This document shows positions 19,375-27,771 of a stretch of DNA of 49,791 nucleotides, in pieces. This stretch comes from an uncultured Collinsella sp. (lineage in GTDB: Bacteria; Actinomycetota; Coriobacteriia; Coriobacteriales; Coriobacteriaceae), in the NCBI GenBank assembly GCA_900550965.1, contig URUC01000001.1:1-49791 (forward strand), written 5' to 3'. The notes below the pieces were generated by a model that did not search any database, had not been told where the DNA came from, and was given only the letters and a program-made list of their open reading frames with translations. Both the position numbers and the translations under genes were made by a program. The stretch's first letter is position 1; each line of letters opens with the position of its first letter.

Positions 19375-20130
19375 CTAACGCTCTTGCTCAAAATAGTCAC
19401 TCGCCGTCTCATCCTGCCCATCGGCACATCGCGCTTCGATCGGCACGATATCTTGGTAGATAAGGCGATGCTTGTCATCGCGCCATTCATCGTCATGGTA
19501 ATGGCCAAAGAACCAGGTGCGGTAGTCGAGCCGCCCGTCGAGCTCGCCCAAAAAGGCCTGCAGCGAATCGTCGTAGAACTCGCGATTGCACTCCATGCAC
19601 AGCTCGTCAGCCAAATCGACCGGCGCCTCGTGCGTCACAACATAGTCGACCTTCCAGCCCGCGCGATCGAGCGAGGCGCGACAGTGTTTGATCTCGCGCT
19701 CACTCGGCATCTCCTCGGGCCACCACGTCTTTCCCTCCTGACGCCACTGTTTGTCATGGCTCGCGGCGCCACCCATGGCGAGCACCGTGGTCCCCGTGAT
19801 GTCGAACACCTCGCCGCGCATCAGGTGCAGCACGTGCGGGCGAACCTCGTGAACGAGGCCCCCGTTCCACTCACGCATTGGCAGCCCCGCCAGCAGATGA
19901 TGGTTCTCGTGATTGCCGTCGACAAAACACGTGGTCCAGGGCTTGGACTCAAACCAGTCGAGCCAGTATTTGTCGGTGTTCGAGCCGCTCCATATAAAGC
20001 CAAAGTCGCCGGCAACGATGACAACGTCATCGCGCGTCAGCGTTCGACCCAATGGCCAAACGCGCGACGAGAAGCGACTCGCCCCATACTCGGCAACACC
20101 GTGAACGTCTCCGGTAACGAAAATAGACAT
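19375..20130 (-). CDS. Calcineurin-like metallophosphoesterase, paralog of 18005-18730
   Basis: GDVHG, AGDFG, DGNHE, MGGAAS, WWPEE, VDYVVTH, GHYH; GGAGG RBS. Confidence 0.9.
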   Translation of the reverse strand: MSIFVTGDVHGVAEYGASRFSSRVWPLGRTLTRDDVVIVAGDFGFIWSGSNTDKYWLDWFESKPWTTCFVDGNHENHHLLAGLPMREWNGGLVHEVRPHVLHLMRGEVFDITGTTVLAMGGAASHDKQWRQEGKTWWPEEMPSEREIKHCRASLDRAGWKVDYVVTHEAPVDLADELCMECNREFYDDSLQAFLGELDGRLDYRTWFFGHYHDDEWRDDKHRLIYQDIVPIEARCADGQDETASDYFEQER

Positions 20131-20258
20131 CAAACAACACCTCCGTGCTGTGCGACTCTGGACAAATCAATGGAAGAAATTGCAGGCCGGGCCGGCATCT
20201 GTATCCCTTAGGGCTTACCCTTCGTTCTTCCATCCAAACGGATCAAACACCCAAAAAA

Positions 20259-20624
20259 CTAGATCGAGCACACTGTTGGCGGGCAGCATGTTGGGCAGGG
20301 CGTCTTGCCTCGCTTGAGTGCAGCCGCTAATGGTACGCTTGTTTTAATGGCGTTTTGAGGAAGGCTTTTGCACCCCGTAGAACGGTGGTAAATCTTGCCG
20401 TTCTTAGTGACGATTACCTTGATTTTTGAGGTATCCACGCTGCGGGGCTCGATGGGCGCAGCCACCTCTTGACGAGCTGGCGCTGTTTTCCAAGGCTTGC
20501 CTCTCGAAAAACCAAAATCGCAGAATCGATTGATATAGCTGTCGAAACATCCATCGAACAGCAACCCCGTTGCCAGCCCCGCCATGAATCCGCAGGCGAT
20601 CGCGGCCTCTCCTCTTATTTGCAT
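20259..20624 (-). CDS. Small membrane-anchored protein with C-terminal Ada-like metal-binding module
   Basis: Hydrophobic N-terminus; VTKNGKIYH....C..L ... GKTPCPTC; ATG 20624 behind AAGGAGG. Confidence 0.7.
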   Translation of the reverse strand: MQIRGEAAIACGFMAGLATGLLFDGCFDSYINRFCDFGFSRGKPWKTAPARQEVAAPIEPRSVDTSKIKVIVTKNGKIYHRSTGCKSLPQNAIKTSVPLAAALKRGKTPCPTCCPPTVCSI

Positions 20625-20720
20625 ATATCCCTCCTTAATCAATCTTGAAGAAAAAGGCGGCGCGCGCCGCAGAGCCCATGCCCCTGCGGTGCGCGCCAAA
20701 AACAGCGCGCTTCCCTGTCC

Positions 20721-23700
20721 CTAACGGATCAGCTGGCGGCGCTTATCGGACAGGAATACGCCGGCGGCCACCAGGACCGTGCCGCCGATCACGAAGGTCT
20801 CACCCAGCAGCTCGGACGCATCGCCCGTGGCGGGCATCGCCGTCTGCCAAGTCGTGGCCTCCGCATGCTTGGCCTGGTACGTCACTTGCGTGACGGGCTG
20901 GGTCTGCTCGCCGTTTCCGCGGTCGGCGGCCTCTTGGCGAGCGATCTCGGCGTTAAGCTCGGCAATAGCCTGGTCGAGCTCGACCTTGGCGGCGGTGTAG
21001 TTGGCGAGCGCCTCCAAGTATGCCGGCGCCACGGCATCCGTCGCAGCCACGGCGTCATCGAGTTCGGCCTTGGCGGTCGCGGCACGCTCGGCGGCATCGT
21101 GGGCCGCAGCGATCTTGGCGTTAAGTACCTCGTCCGCATCGTCAGTGCTGCCGTTGACAATGGCTTCGGCAATATTGATTCTGCGCAGGCGGGCAACCGC
21201 GGCGGCAGAGGCGTCGCGCGCGACAGTCGCATCCACCACGGCATCGTCAGCCTCCACCACGTCATACTCGGCATCGCTCACGGCCATCGCCGCTGCATCG
21301 AGCGCGGCATCGGCAGTCGCTTTGTCCCCAGTGGCCTTGGCAAGTGCTGCGGCGGCATTCTTAAGCTGAGAGGCGCGGGCGGCAGCTGCATCAGATTTTG
21401 CCTGAGCCGTTGCCACGACGGCGTCGGCATCGCTTGCAGCCCGCTGCGCCATATCGAGCTCCACCTGAGTGGCAGCAGCATCGATGCCTGCCTGATCGGC
21501 ATCGCCTTGGGTGGCAAGAAGTTCGGCCTCCGCCTCGCGCTGATTGGCACGCGCGCTTTCGAGTGCAGACGACGCCGCATCAAACGCACGCTGAGCAGCG
21601 GCGATATCGGCTGAGTACGCCGCTAGCTCATCCTGGGCCGCGGCAAGTGCATCCCGTTTGTCGCCAACACCGGCACGAGCGGCGTCCAGTGCGCGCTTGG
21701 CAGCAGCCACCTTGCCCTTGGCAATGTCGAGCTCGCCAGACTTGGCGGCCACGGCGTCCTGCGCTGCCGCAACAGCGGCGTTGGCAGCGCTCAAATCGGC
21801 GCGGGCATCGCTGACGGCACGCGCGGCGGCGTCAGCTGCAGCCTGCTTTTGCGCCACGGCAGCCTGGGCCTCCGAGGCCTTGGTTGCCGCGACATCAACG
21901 TTAGCGGCAGCGCGCTCAACCTGGGTTTGCTTTGCTGCAACGGCCTGCGATGCTGCACTCACCTTGCTGCCGGCATCGTCGGCAACGCCCTGCGCCACAG
22001 CAAGCTCCTTGCGTGCCGCATCCACGCCCTGCTCGGGATTTGCCAACGAGTCACACCACGCATTCAACGCAGCCTCATACTCTGCAACCGTCATCGGATT
22101 GAGGTTATACGGCTTATACCATTGACCAGAATATACAAATGTTTGCGCCTGTGTACTCCCGTACAGCATCCCTCGCGTGCAAACGCCCATGCCCGTCACG
22201 GTGTAATCGGGGTTGATCACGTTGATGTAATGTCCGACCGAAGGGTTTGGTCCACCGTGCAGTGCGGCGTAGTTATCAATCTGGGAGCTATGCGCTGTAT
22301 AGAAATCGTAAGCGGCCTTTCCCGTAAGGCCCGACGCGCCCAGCGAGGCGGCGGCAGCATCAAAGATGGCCTTCTCCTGATCGACCCACTGCTTAAACGG
22401 ATTGCTTCCGTAGTTCCACGCCACATTCTCGCCCACGTTAAACTGCTGAGCGTGCGCGACCTTCGTATCGGAGAAGTTCGCGTCGGCGATGGCGGTCGCC
22501 ATCATGGCATATGTCACCTTGAGCTCGCCTAGGCCAACGCTTGCGCGATACTCGTTGCACGCTTTGAGCCACACAACCGCCTGCTTCATATTGGTCAGGC
22601 TCGTCGCGTCGACTTCCTCGCCCACCTTGTTGTAGCCAGCGAGTTTGCAGTTGAGGATGATATCCGCCGCATCGTCGGCACCCACACTCTTAAAGAATGC
22701 GATGGCACCCTGGCGGTAGTTCTCCGCCGATGCATTCGCCGTTGCCTGAGCGGCATCGAGCTTTGCCTGGGCCTGAGCCACAGCCTGGTCGGCCTGCTGC
22801 TTTTGGGCCTTCGCCTGATCGAGCGCCTTGTCGGCAGCGTCTTTCTCGTCCTTGGCCGCCGAAAGCTTGGCCTGGGCATCGGCCAGCTCCGTGAGCGCAC
22901 TGGCATGATCGGTCTTGGCCTGGTCAAGAGCGGCGTCGGCAGCGGTCTTGGCAGCAGCGGCGGCATCCAGCTTTGACTGGGCATCGGCAGCGGCCTGCTG
23001 CTGATCGGCAACTGCCTGCTGAGCAGTCTGAACCTCGCCCTCGGCGGCGGCAACGTCCTGCTCAGCGGCAGCAAGCTCGCTCTCGCACTTCGACTGCGCG
23101 GCCTTGGCGGCCGTCAGCGCTTCGGACGCAGCAGCCACCTTTGCCTTGGCGGCCTCGTACTCCGGGCCCGCGGCGCCCTGCTCGGCTCGATCCAGATCGG
23201 CCTTGGCCGCGTCATAGCTCGTCTGCGCGGCATCCACGTCCGCATCTGCCGCGGCCTTTGCCTGCTGAGCTGCCGAAAGCTTGCCCTGCGCGTCCTGCTG
23301 CTTGGCAGCGGCGGCAGTGGCAGCGTCTTGAGCATCCGAGAGCTTGGCCTGCGCATCAACGACCTGCTGCTTCGCCTGTTCCAGGTCACTCGCAGCCTGC
23401 CCTGCGGCAGCCTGGGCGGCAGCTACAGCCTCGGGCGTAGCATCGGATGCAGCAGCCTGTGCGGCCTCAAGCGCAGACTGGGCATCACGGGATGCCCTCT
23501 GGGCAGCAGTCAGGGCTTCATCCTTGTCCGCCAGCTCCTTCTTGGCAGCATCGAGCGCAGCCTGAGCGTCCTCAAACGCCTTGACATCCTGATCGGCCTT
23601 GTCCTGCGCAGCTCCCAGCTGCTTTTCCAGCTCGGCCGAAGCAGCGGAGGCCGCGCTATCGCTCGCACCGCGGGCCGCGTCATAGGCGCCCCGCGCCTGC

Positions 23701-24059
23701 TGCTGGTTGACGGCGGCAGCATCGTAGGGAGCGGCAGCCGCTTCCAGATCGGCCTTGGCGGTAGCAGCTTTAGCGCGCGCCGCATCAACTGCAGCCTGCA
23801 GGTCGGCGACCTTTTGCGCTGCAGACACGGCACCCGCGCCAGTACCGGCGGCCGCAGCGCTCGTCAGCGGCGACATCACCGCAGCCGTTGCGCCCGCGGC
23901 GCCAATGCCATCCGCACCCTGCGCCGCCGCGGTCAGAGGCGACAGCAGCGAGCCGCCCGTCATGGCAATCGTCGCCGCAGCAACCGTCGCCACGCGCCCA
24001 GCCGCCCTGGCCTTACCCAAGGCCTTGCCGTTCATGTCCTTGTTCATGTTCTTGCTCAT
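20721..24059 (-). CDS. Sortase-anchored Ala-rich coiled-coil surface protein with central CAP (SCP-like) domain
   Basis: Signal peptide; long A/Q/K/D heptad regions on both sides of NEYRASVGL ... GENVAWN ... GHYINVINPDYTVTGMG; C-terminal MPATG, TM helix and KRR tail. Confidence 0.88.
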   Translation of the reverse strand: MSKNMNKDMNGKALGKARAAGRVATVAAATIAMTGGSLLSPLTAAAQGADGIGAAGATAAVMSPLTSAAAAGTGAGAVSAAQKVADLQAAVDAARAKAATAKADLEAAAAPYDAAAVNQQQARGAYDAARGASDSAASAASAELEKQLGAAQDKADQDVKAFEDAQAALDAAKKELADKDEALTAAQRASRDAQSALEAAQAAASDATPEAVAAAQAAAGQAASDLEQAKQQVVDAQAKLSDAQDAATAAAAKQQDAQGKLSAAQQAKAAADADVDAAQTSYDAAKADLDRAEQGAAGPEYEAAKAKVAAASEALTAAKAAQSKCESELAAAEQDVAAAEGEVQTAQQAVADQQQAAADAQSKLDAAAAAKTAADAALDQAKTDHASALTELADAQAKLSAAKDEKDAADKALDQAKAQKQQADQAVAQAQAKLDAAQATANASAENYRQGAIAFFKSVGADDAADIILNCKLAGYNKVGEEVDATSLTNMKQAVVWLKACNEYRASVGLGELKVTYAMMATAIADANFSDTKVAHAQQFNVGENVAWNYGSNPFKQWVDQEKAIFDAAAASLGASGLTGKAAYDFYTAHSSQIDNYAALHGGPNPSVGHYINVINPDYTVTGMGVCTRGMLYGSTQAQTFVYSGQWYKPYNLNPMTVAEYEAALNAWCDSLANPEQGVDAARKELAVAQGVADDAGSKVSAASQAVAAKQTQVERAAANVDVAATKASEAQAAVAQKQAAADAAARAVSDARADLSAANAAVAAAQDAVAAKSGELDIAKGKVAAAKRALDAARAGVGDKRDALAAAQDELAAYSADIAAAQRAFDAASSALESARANQREAEAELLATQGDADQAGIDAAATQVELDMAQRAASDADAVVATAQAKSDAAAARASQLKNAAAALAKATGDKATADAALDAAAMAVSDAEYDVVEADDAVVDATVARDASAAAVARLRRINIAEAIVNGSTDDADEVLNAKIAAAHDAAERAATAKAELDDAVAATDAVAPAYLEALANYTAAKVELDQAIAELNAEIARQEAADRGNGEQTQPVTQVTYQAKHAEATTWQTAMPATGDASELLGETFVIGGTVLVAAGVFLSDKRRQLIR

Positions 24060-24145
24060 TGCCGATTCCTTCCCACGGTGAGCCGTTGTTTGACACAGAT
24101 AGTCGATCTAACTTGCCCCGCTAAAAAGAGGTGATAACGGGGTAA

Positions 24146-24436
24146 TTAAATTGAGCGAATTGAATCGTGATGAAACTGATCTCCGCAAAAGCCAAACTCA
24201 TAGTTCCGCTCGCGCTCAATCTCATCTAAATACTCGAGTTCTTCGCCGCATGGCTTCTCTTCATCTAGAAATACAAGCCCGTTCTCTGCGCGAGAACCGA
24301 CAGTGCAACCAAGGATAGTCTCGAGATTAATGTAACTACTATTATCGTTGTTAAAGGAGAAACTGCTGGTGCTCATGCTCAAGTCCCGTCTACATAAACT
24401 CAAATTGCTGTGCTTGGCCTCTTTTAGAGACCCCAT
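24146..24436 (-). CDS. Small acidic hypothetical protein or gene remnant
   Basis: 96-aa ORF (alternative ATG at 24376) in an AT-rich gap, co-oriented with its neighbours; no motif. Confidence 0.3.
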   Translation of the reverse strand: MGSLKEAKHSNLSLCRRDLSMSTSSFSFNNDNSSYINLETILGCTVGSRAENGLVFLDEEKPCGEELEYLDEIERERNYEFGFCGDQFHHDSIRSI

Positions 24437-24683
24437 CTCATACGCTATGACTGCAGTATATGCGCTCCGCTTGTATGTTGCAAGAACAATTTTATTTTTC
24501 TAACGCATATAACGGATGTTCATTTCTGTAAACCGCCTCGCTCTCCCCCGCCGCTCCCTCACTTGTTTTGTTACATGTGTTGAATACCATCCCGTACGGA
24601 CAAAATCTCACGCAGGGCGGTTAAGACAGTGGCGTCCATGCCACCAGAGAAAATAGAAGAAAGGAAAGAGAAGCAGTCGGCGA

Positions 24684-26471
24684 TTACTCGCACGAAGCGA
24701 GCAGCTTCTCAAGATCACACTCCAATGCCTCACGCTCCTCAACGTCCATCACTGCAAGGGCGACACGCATCAGGGACACCTCGGCGGCAAGCTCCTTAAC
24801 CTGGTCGGGGCGTTTGCTAAAGTGGTCGTAAATCCGCAGGGCCTCCCCGGCCGCCAGGTACTGCCACTTTTCCAACGAAGGCTTTTCGGACCTGCTCATG
24901 GCATCGACCCACTCGCCAAGACCCTGAAAACCGTTGCCCGTAGTCGTGCCGTTCATAACCACATCGAGCGGGCTCAGCAAGCAATCGGGCGTTTTTTTGT
25001 ACACCAATTTGGTGAGCGTAAGCACCTGGGCAAGGTTGCGATACTGTTCCTTGTCGGCATAGAGCACGTCGTTGTAGCAGGCGCAGGCCTTAAGCAGCTC
25101 GTGGGCGGCAATGCGCTCCGGCCCATCAAACGGAACGCCGCGCAACAACACCCCAGCAAGATCGAATGCCTTGCCGCCCTGCACGATCTTGTCGAGCGCC
25201 GAGCCGTCCACCAAATCCGCCAGCCAAGCAAACTCAGGCTGATACGGCTTATGCTCGTCCTCGTCCTCATGCTCCATCCAGTTGCTCACCAGCGCAAGGG
25301 CTTCAATCTCTCTCCCGTTCAGAAAGGGCGAATTCTTCCCCATCTCTTCCCGCAAAAATCCCCGCGGCTCATGAGAGTGCTCGTACGCAACCGCAAGCTC
25401 CCCGTCGCTCACGACCAAGGTCGCACGGGAAATATAGGTATCTTCCCGCATGTCCCTCCAGGCGTACATCATAAGGGGACGCAGCTGACGGAGCATGCCG
25501 CGCGCGCCGGCACCTTCCTTAACCGCGCGCTTCGCCGCAAGGCGAGCAGCATCTGCCATCAGCTCCATCTTGGCGCCATTTCCCATCATGTTGTTGTACT
25601 TGGGCAGGTACTGTTCATACGCAATCTGGACCAGATCGTCCACGCTCAAGGCGTTAAAGTTAATCACCGAGCCAATGCGCCCGCACAGCTCGGACATAAT
25701 ACCCCAAGTCTCAACATCCTCGATGGTCGCACTGTCTCGCAGCTCGTTTGCCGATTTTGCGGCGGTGCGCACGGCGGCATACGAGGATCCGAAGCCGACC
25801 GTGGTGCCAGACTTGTCACTCAGGCGCTTGCGCACCAGAGCATCCAAGCCCATAAAGGCGCCGCCCAAAATGCAAACAACCTGATCGAGGTTGAGCGTCT
25901 TAATAGCCGCACTCTTGGAGGTATCACATTCAAACGGCATCTCCCCGCCTTCCAAGAGCTTAAGGAACGACTGCGATGGACTAAAGCTCGATGCAACTTC
26001 GCCCCCATCGGGCTCGGCACGAACCGCCTTGTCAAACTCGTCAAAGAGCACCAAGCAAATTTCGCCGGGATTGGCAGCCTGATAGTCCGCGACCTGCGAC
26101 AGGCAGTTGCTCATGCTGGCACCGCGCCAGCCCTCGCCCGTCATGGTGGAGACATCGAACACGAACAGTTTGAGCCCCGCGGCATCTGCCACGGCCTTGA
26201 TGGTGTGGGTTTTTCCCGTGCCGGTGGAACCCATCACCAAAATGGCAGCGGGCGAAAGAACGTCGCGCGGGTCGGCGCCGCGTGCCAACATCACGCAGCG
26301 GTTGACCTCAAAGCTCAGCGCCGTCACAAAGGCCTCCAAGCTTCCTTCGTGGCCAATAACACTCTGACGCGTCTGCTCCACCAGACGCGTAGGCGCAATT
26401 CGATTGAGCAAGTCCTGGTAGCGATCGATGTTTCGATACTGCTTCTGAGTCATGGGCGCCTTCCTTTCCAT
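24684..26471 (-). CDS. ClpX-like AAA+ ATPase lacking the N-terminal zinc domain, with a C-terminal extension of about 200 aa
   Basis: Walker A GSTGTGKT, pore loop GEGWRG, Walker B VLFDEFDK, LKLLEG, GGAF, IGF-like loop TVGF, ELCGRI, GARG. Alternative start at 26453. Confidence 0.88.
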   Translation of the reverse strand: MERKAPMTQKQYRNIDRYQDLLNRIAPTRLVEQTRQSVIGHEGSLEAFVTALSFEVNRCVMLARGADPRDVLSPAAILVMGSTGTGKTHTIKAVADAAGLKLFVFDVSTMTGEGWRGASMSNCLSQVADYQAANPGEICLVLFDEFDKAVRAEPDGGEVASSFSPSQSFLKLLEGGEMPFECDTSKSAAIKTLNLDQVVCILGGAFMGLDALVRKRLSDKSGTTVGFGSSYAAVRTAAKSANELRDSATIEDVETWGIMSELCGRIGSVINFNALSVDDLVQIAYEQYLPKYNNMMGNGAKMELMADAARLAAKRAVKEGAGARGMLRQLRPLMMYAWRDMREDTYISRATLVVSDGELAVAYEHSHEPRGFLREEMGKNSPFLNGREIEALALVSNWMEHEDEDEHKPYQPEFAWLADLVDGSALDKIVQGGKAFDLAGVLLRGVPFDGPERIAAHELLKACACYNDVLYADKEQYRNLAQVLTLTKLVYKKTPDCLLSPLDVVMNGTTTGNGFQGLGEWVDAMSRSEKPSLEKWQYLAAGEALRIYDHFSKRPDQVKELAAEVSLMRVALAVMDVEEREALECDLEKLLASCE

Positions 26472-26513
26472 ATTGGTTTTCTTTCCTTCGATGTGGGCCG
26501 AGCCCTTAAACCA

Positions 26514-26720
26514 CTACAGTGCCAGCGATGTCGCCGACTCCAGATAGATCACGTTGCCCGGCTGGGTAAAGACCGGAATGTGGTAGAGCAGCTGCAAAAT
26601 GCCCTGCTTGAGCAGCGGAAACAGTGTGGGATGCAACACTTCGTACATCAGGGCACCAGCCATAAGAGCGGTAAGTACGGCAAGCAGCAGAAGCTTTTGA
26701 GCGTTAGAGAATACCGACAT
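26514..26720 (-). CDS. Small membrane protein (68 aa)
   Basis: MSVFSNAQKLLLLAVLTALMAGALMY...; ATG 26720 behind AGAAAGGA. The longer track ORF overlaps the upstream gene. Confidence 0.6.
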   Translation of the reverse strand: MSVFSNAQKLLLLAVLTALMAGALMYEVLHPTLFPLLKQGILQLLYHIPVFTQPGNVIYLESATSLAL

Positions 26721-26764
26721 GGTCGTTCCTTTCTTTATGCGAGATATTTGGATTGCGTTGTGGG

Positions 26765-27502
26765 TTAGCGACTCATAGCGATGGCAATGCCAATAACCGT
26801 GATAACCACGGGGATCGCAAGCGATGCGAACACAATCCCGGCAAAAAGGCCTACCACCACCGCGCACACGACGATGACCAGTGCTGTGGGCACAAGCGCG
26901 AGCAGAGGAGTAACCACGCAGGCAGATGCAAAGCGAAGCCCGTGGAACAAGCACTCATGAGGGAATAAAGCCTTGAGAACTCCTTCGACAATTCGCCACT
27001 CGACAATCGTTCCGACTGTTAAGACAACAGCCCAAAGCAGATAATCATTGGCGCGGGAATCCGAAGCCATCTTTCCGGTAACGCCAGCCCACCAATCAAA
27101 TGCGGCGGCACAGCCCAGCAAACAGACGATCGCGCAGACGACGGATGCAAATGCGCCCGCACCCTCAATTGCACCGAGCAGCTCGCACATGTCGGATTCG
27201 CGCTCTCCCGTTAACAGCACAATCCATTTGTGGGCAAGCGCCGCAACGACCGCCACGCCCAGCACAACCCAGTACGCCCTAAACGCCACCAGGCGCCACG
27301 AATGGAGCGGAATCACCGTGTTGCCCTCGCCAATCTCGAACATAAAGCCGCCGAGCCACGTCGTCAGCAAGCACATCATGTCGACGGCGACAACGTACAG
27401 CACAACCGCAAAGAGGGTTTGCAGAATCATGCCGAAAATATTCACTGTTGTTGGCTTCTTGAGAGCGTCTGGCTCGATCCTATACGTGTCGTATCCGTTC
27501 AT
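26765..27502 (-). CDS. Hypothetical multi-pass membrane protein
   Basis: About 5-6 hydrophobic helices; GAAAGGA RBS. Confidence 0.75.
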   Translation of the reverse strand: MNGYDTYRIEPDALKKPTTVNIFGMILQTLFAVVLYVVAVDMMCLLTTWLGGFMFEIGEGNTVIPLHSWRLVAFRAYWVVLGVAVVAALAHKWIVLLTGERESDMCELLGAIEGAGAFASVVCAIVCLLGCAAAFDWWAGVTGKMASDSRANDYLLWAVVLTVGTIVEWRIVEGVLKALFPHECLFHGLRFASACVVTPLLALVPTALVIVVCAVVVGLFAGIVFASLAIPVVITVIGIAIAMSR

Positions 27503-27525
27503 TAGCTGTCCTTTCGTTGCTGAAA

Positions 27526-27564
27526 CAACTAGTTGGTTTATCCACTGTAGCTTGATACAACTAG
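27526..27564. promoter_or_regulatory. Candidate operator in divergent intergenic region
   Basis: Perfect palindrome CAACTAGTTG (27526-27535) plus a second CAACTAG half-site (27558-27564). Confidence 0.4.
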
Positions 27565-27771
27565 GAGATATGCAAATCTCTTAGTGTTAGTATCTAGCGA
27601 AATATTACCCAATGCGTACGGCCTCATACGCACCATTCGATTTTTTTCTTTTTCATTTGAGTGCCCCGTCTGAAAAACGCCGCAACTGCTCTTCTTGTAG
27701 ACTGAAGGCAATTGAGCCGCGACGGGCCAGTCAGCGAACCGCGCAATATAGGGAATATGCAGGAGGTGCGC

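Noticed and set aside
18961..20211. 416-aa + strand ORF
   Set aside because: Antisense to two well-supported phosphoesterases.
17990..20260. att site, tRNA or integrase at the island's left edge
   Set aside because: No tRNA, recombinase or direct repeat recognisable within the window.
24822..26768. 648-aa + strand ORF
   Set aside because: Antisense shadow of the ClpX-like gene.
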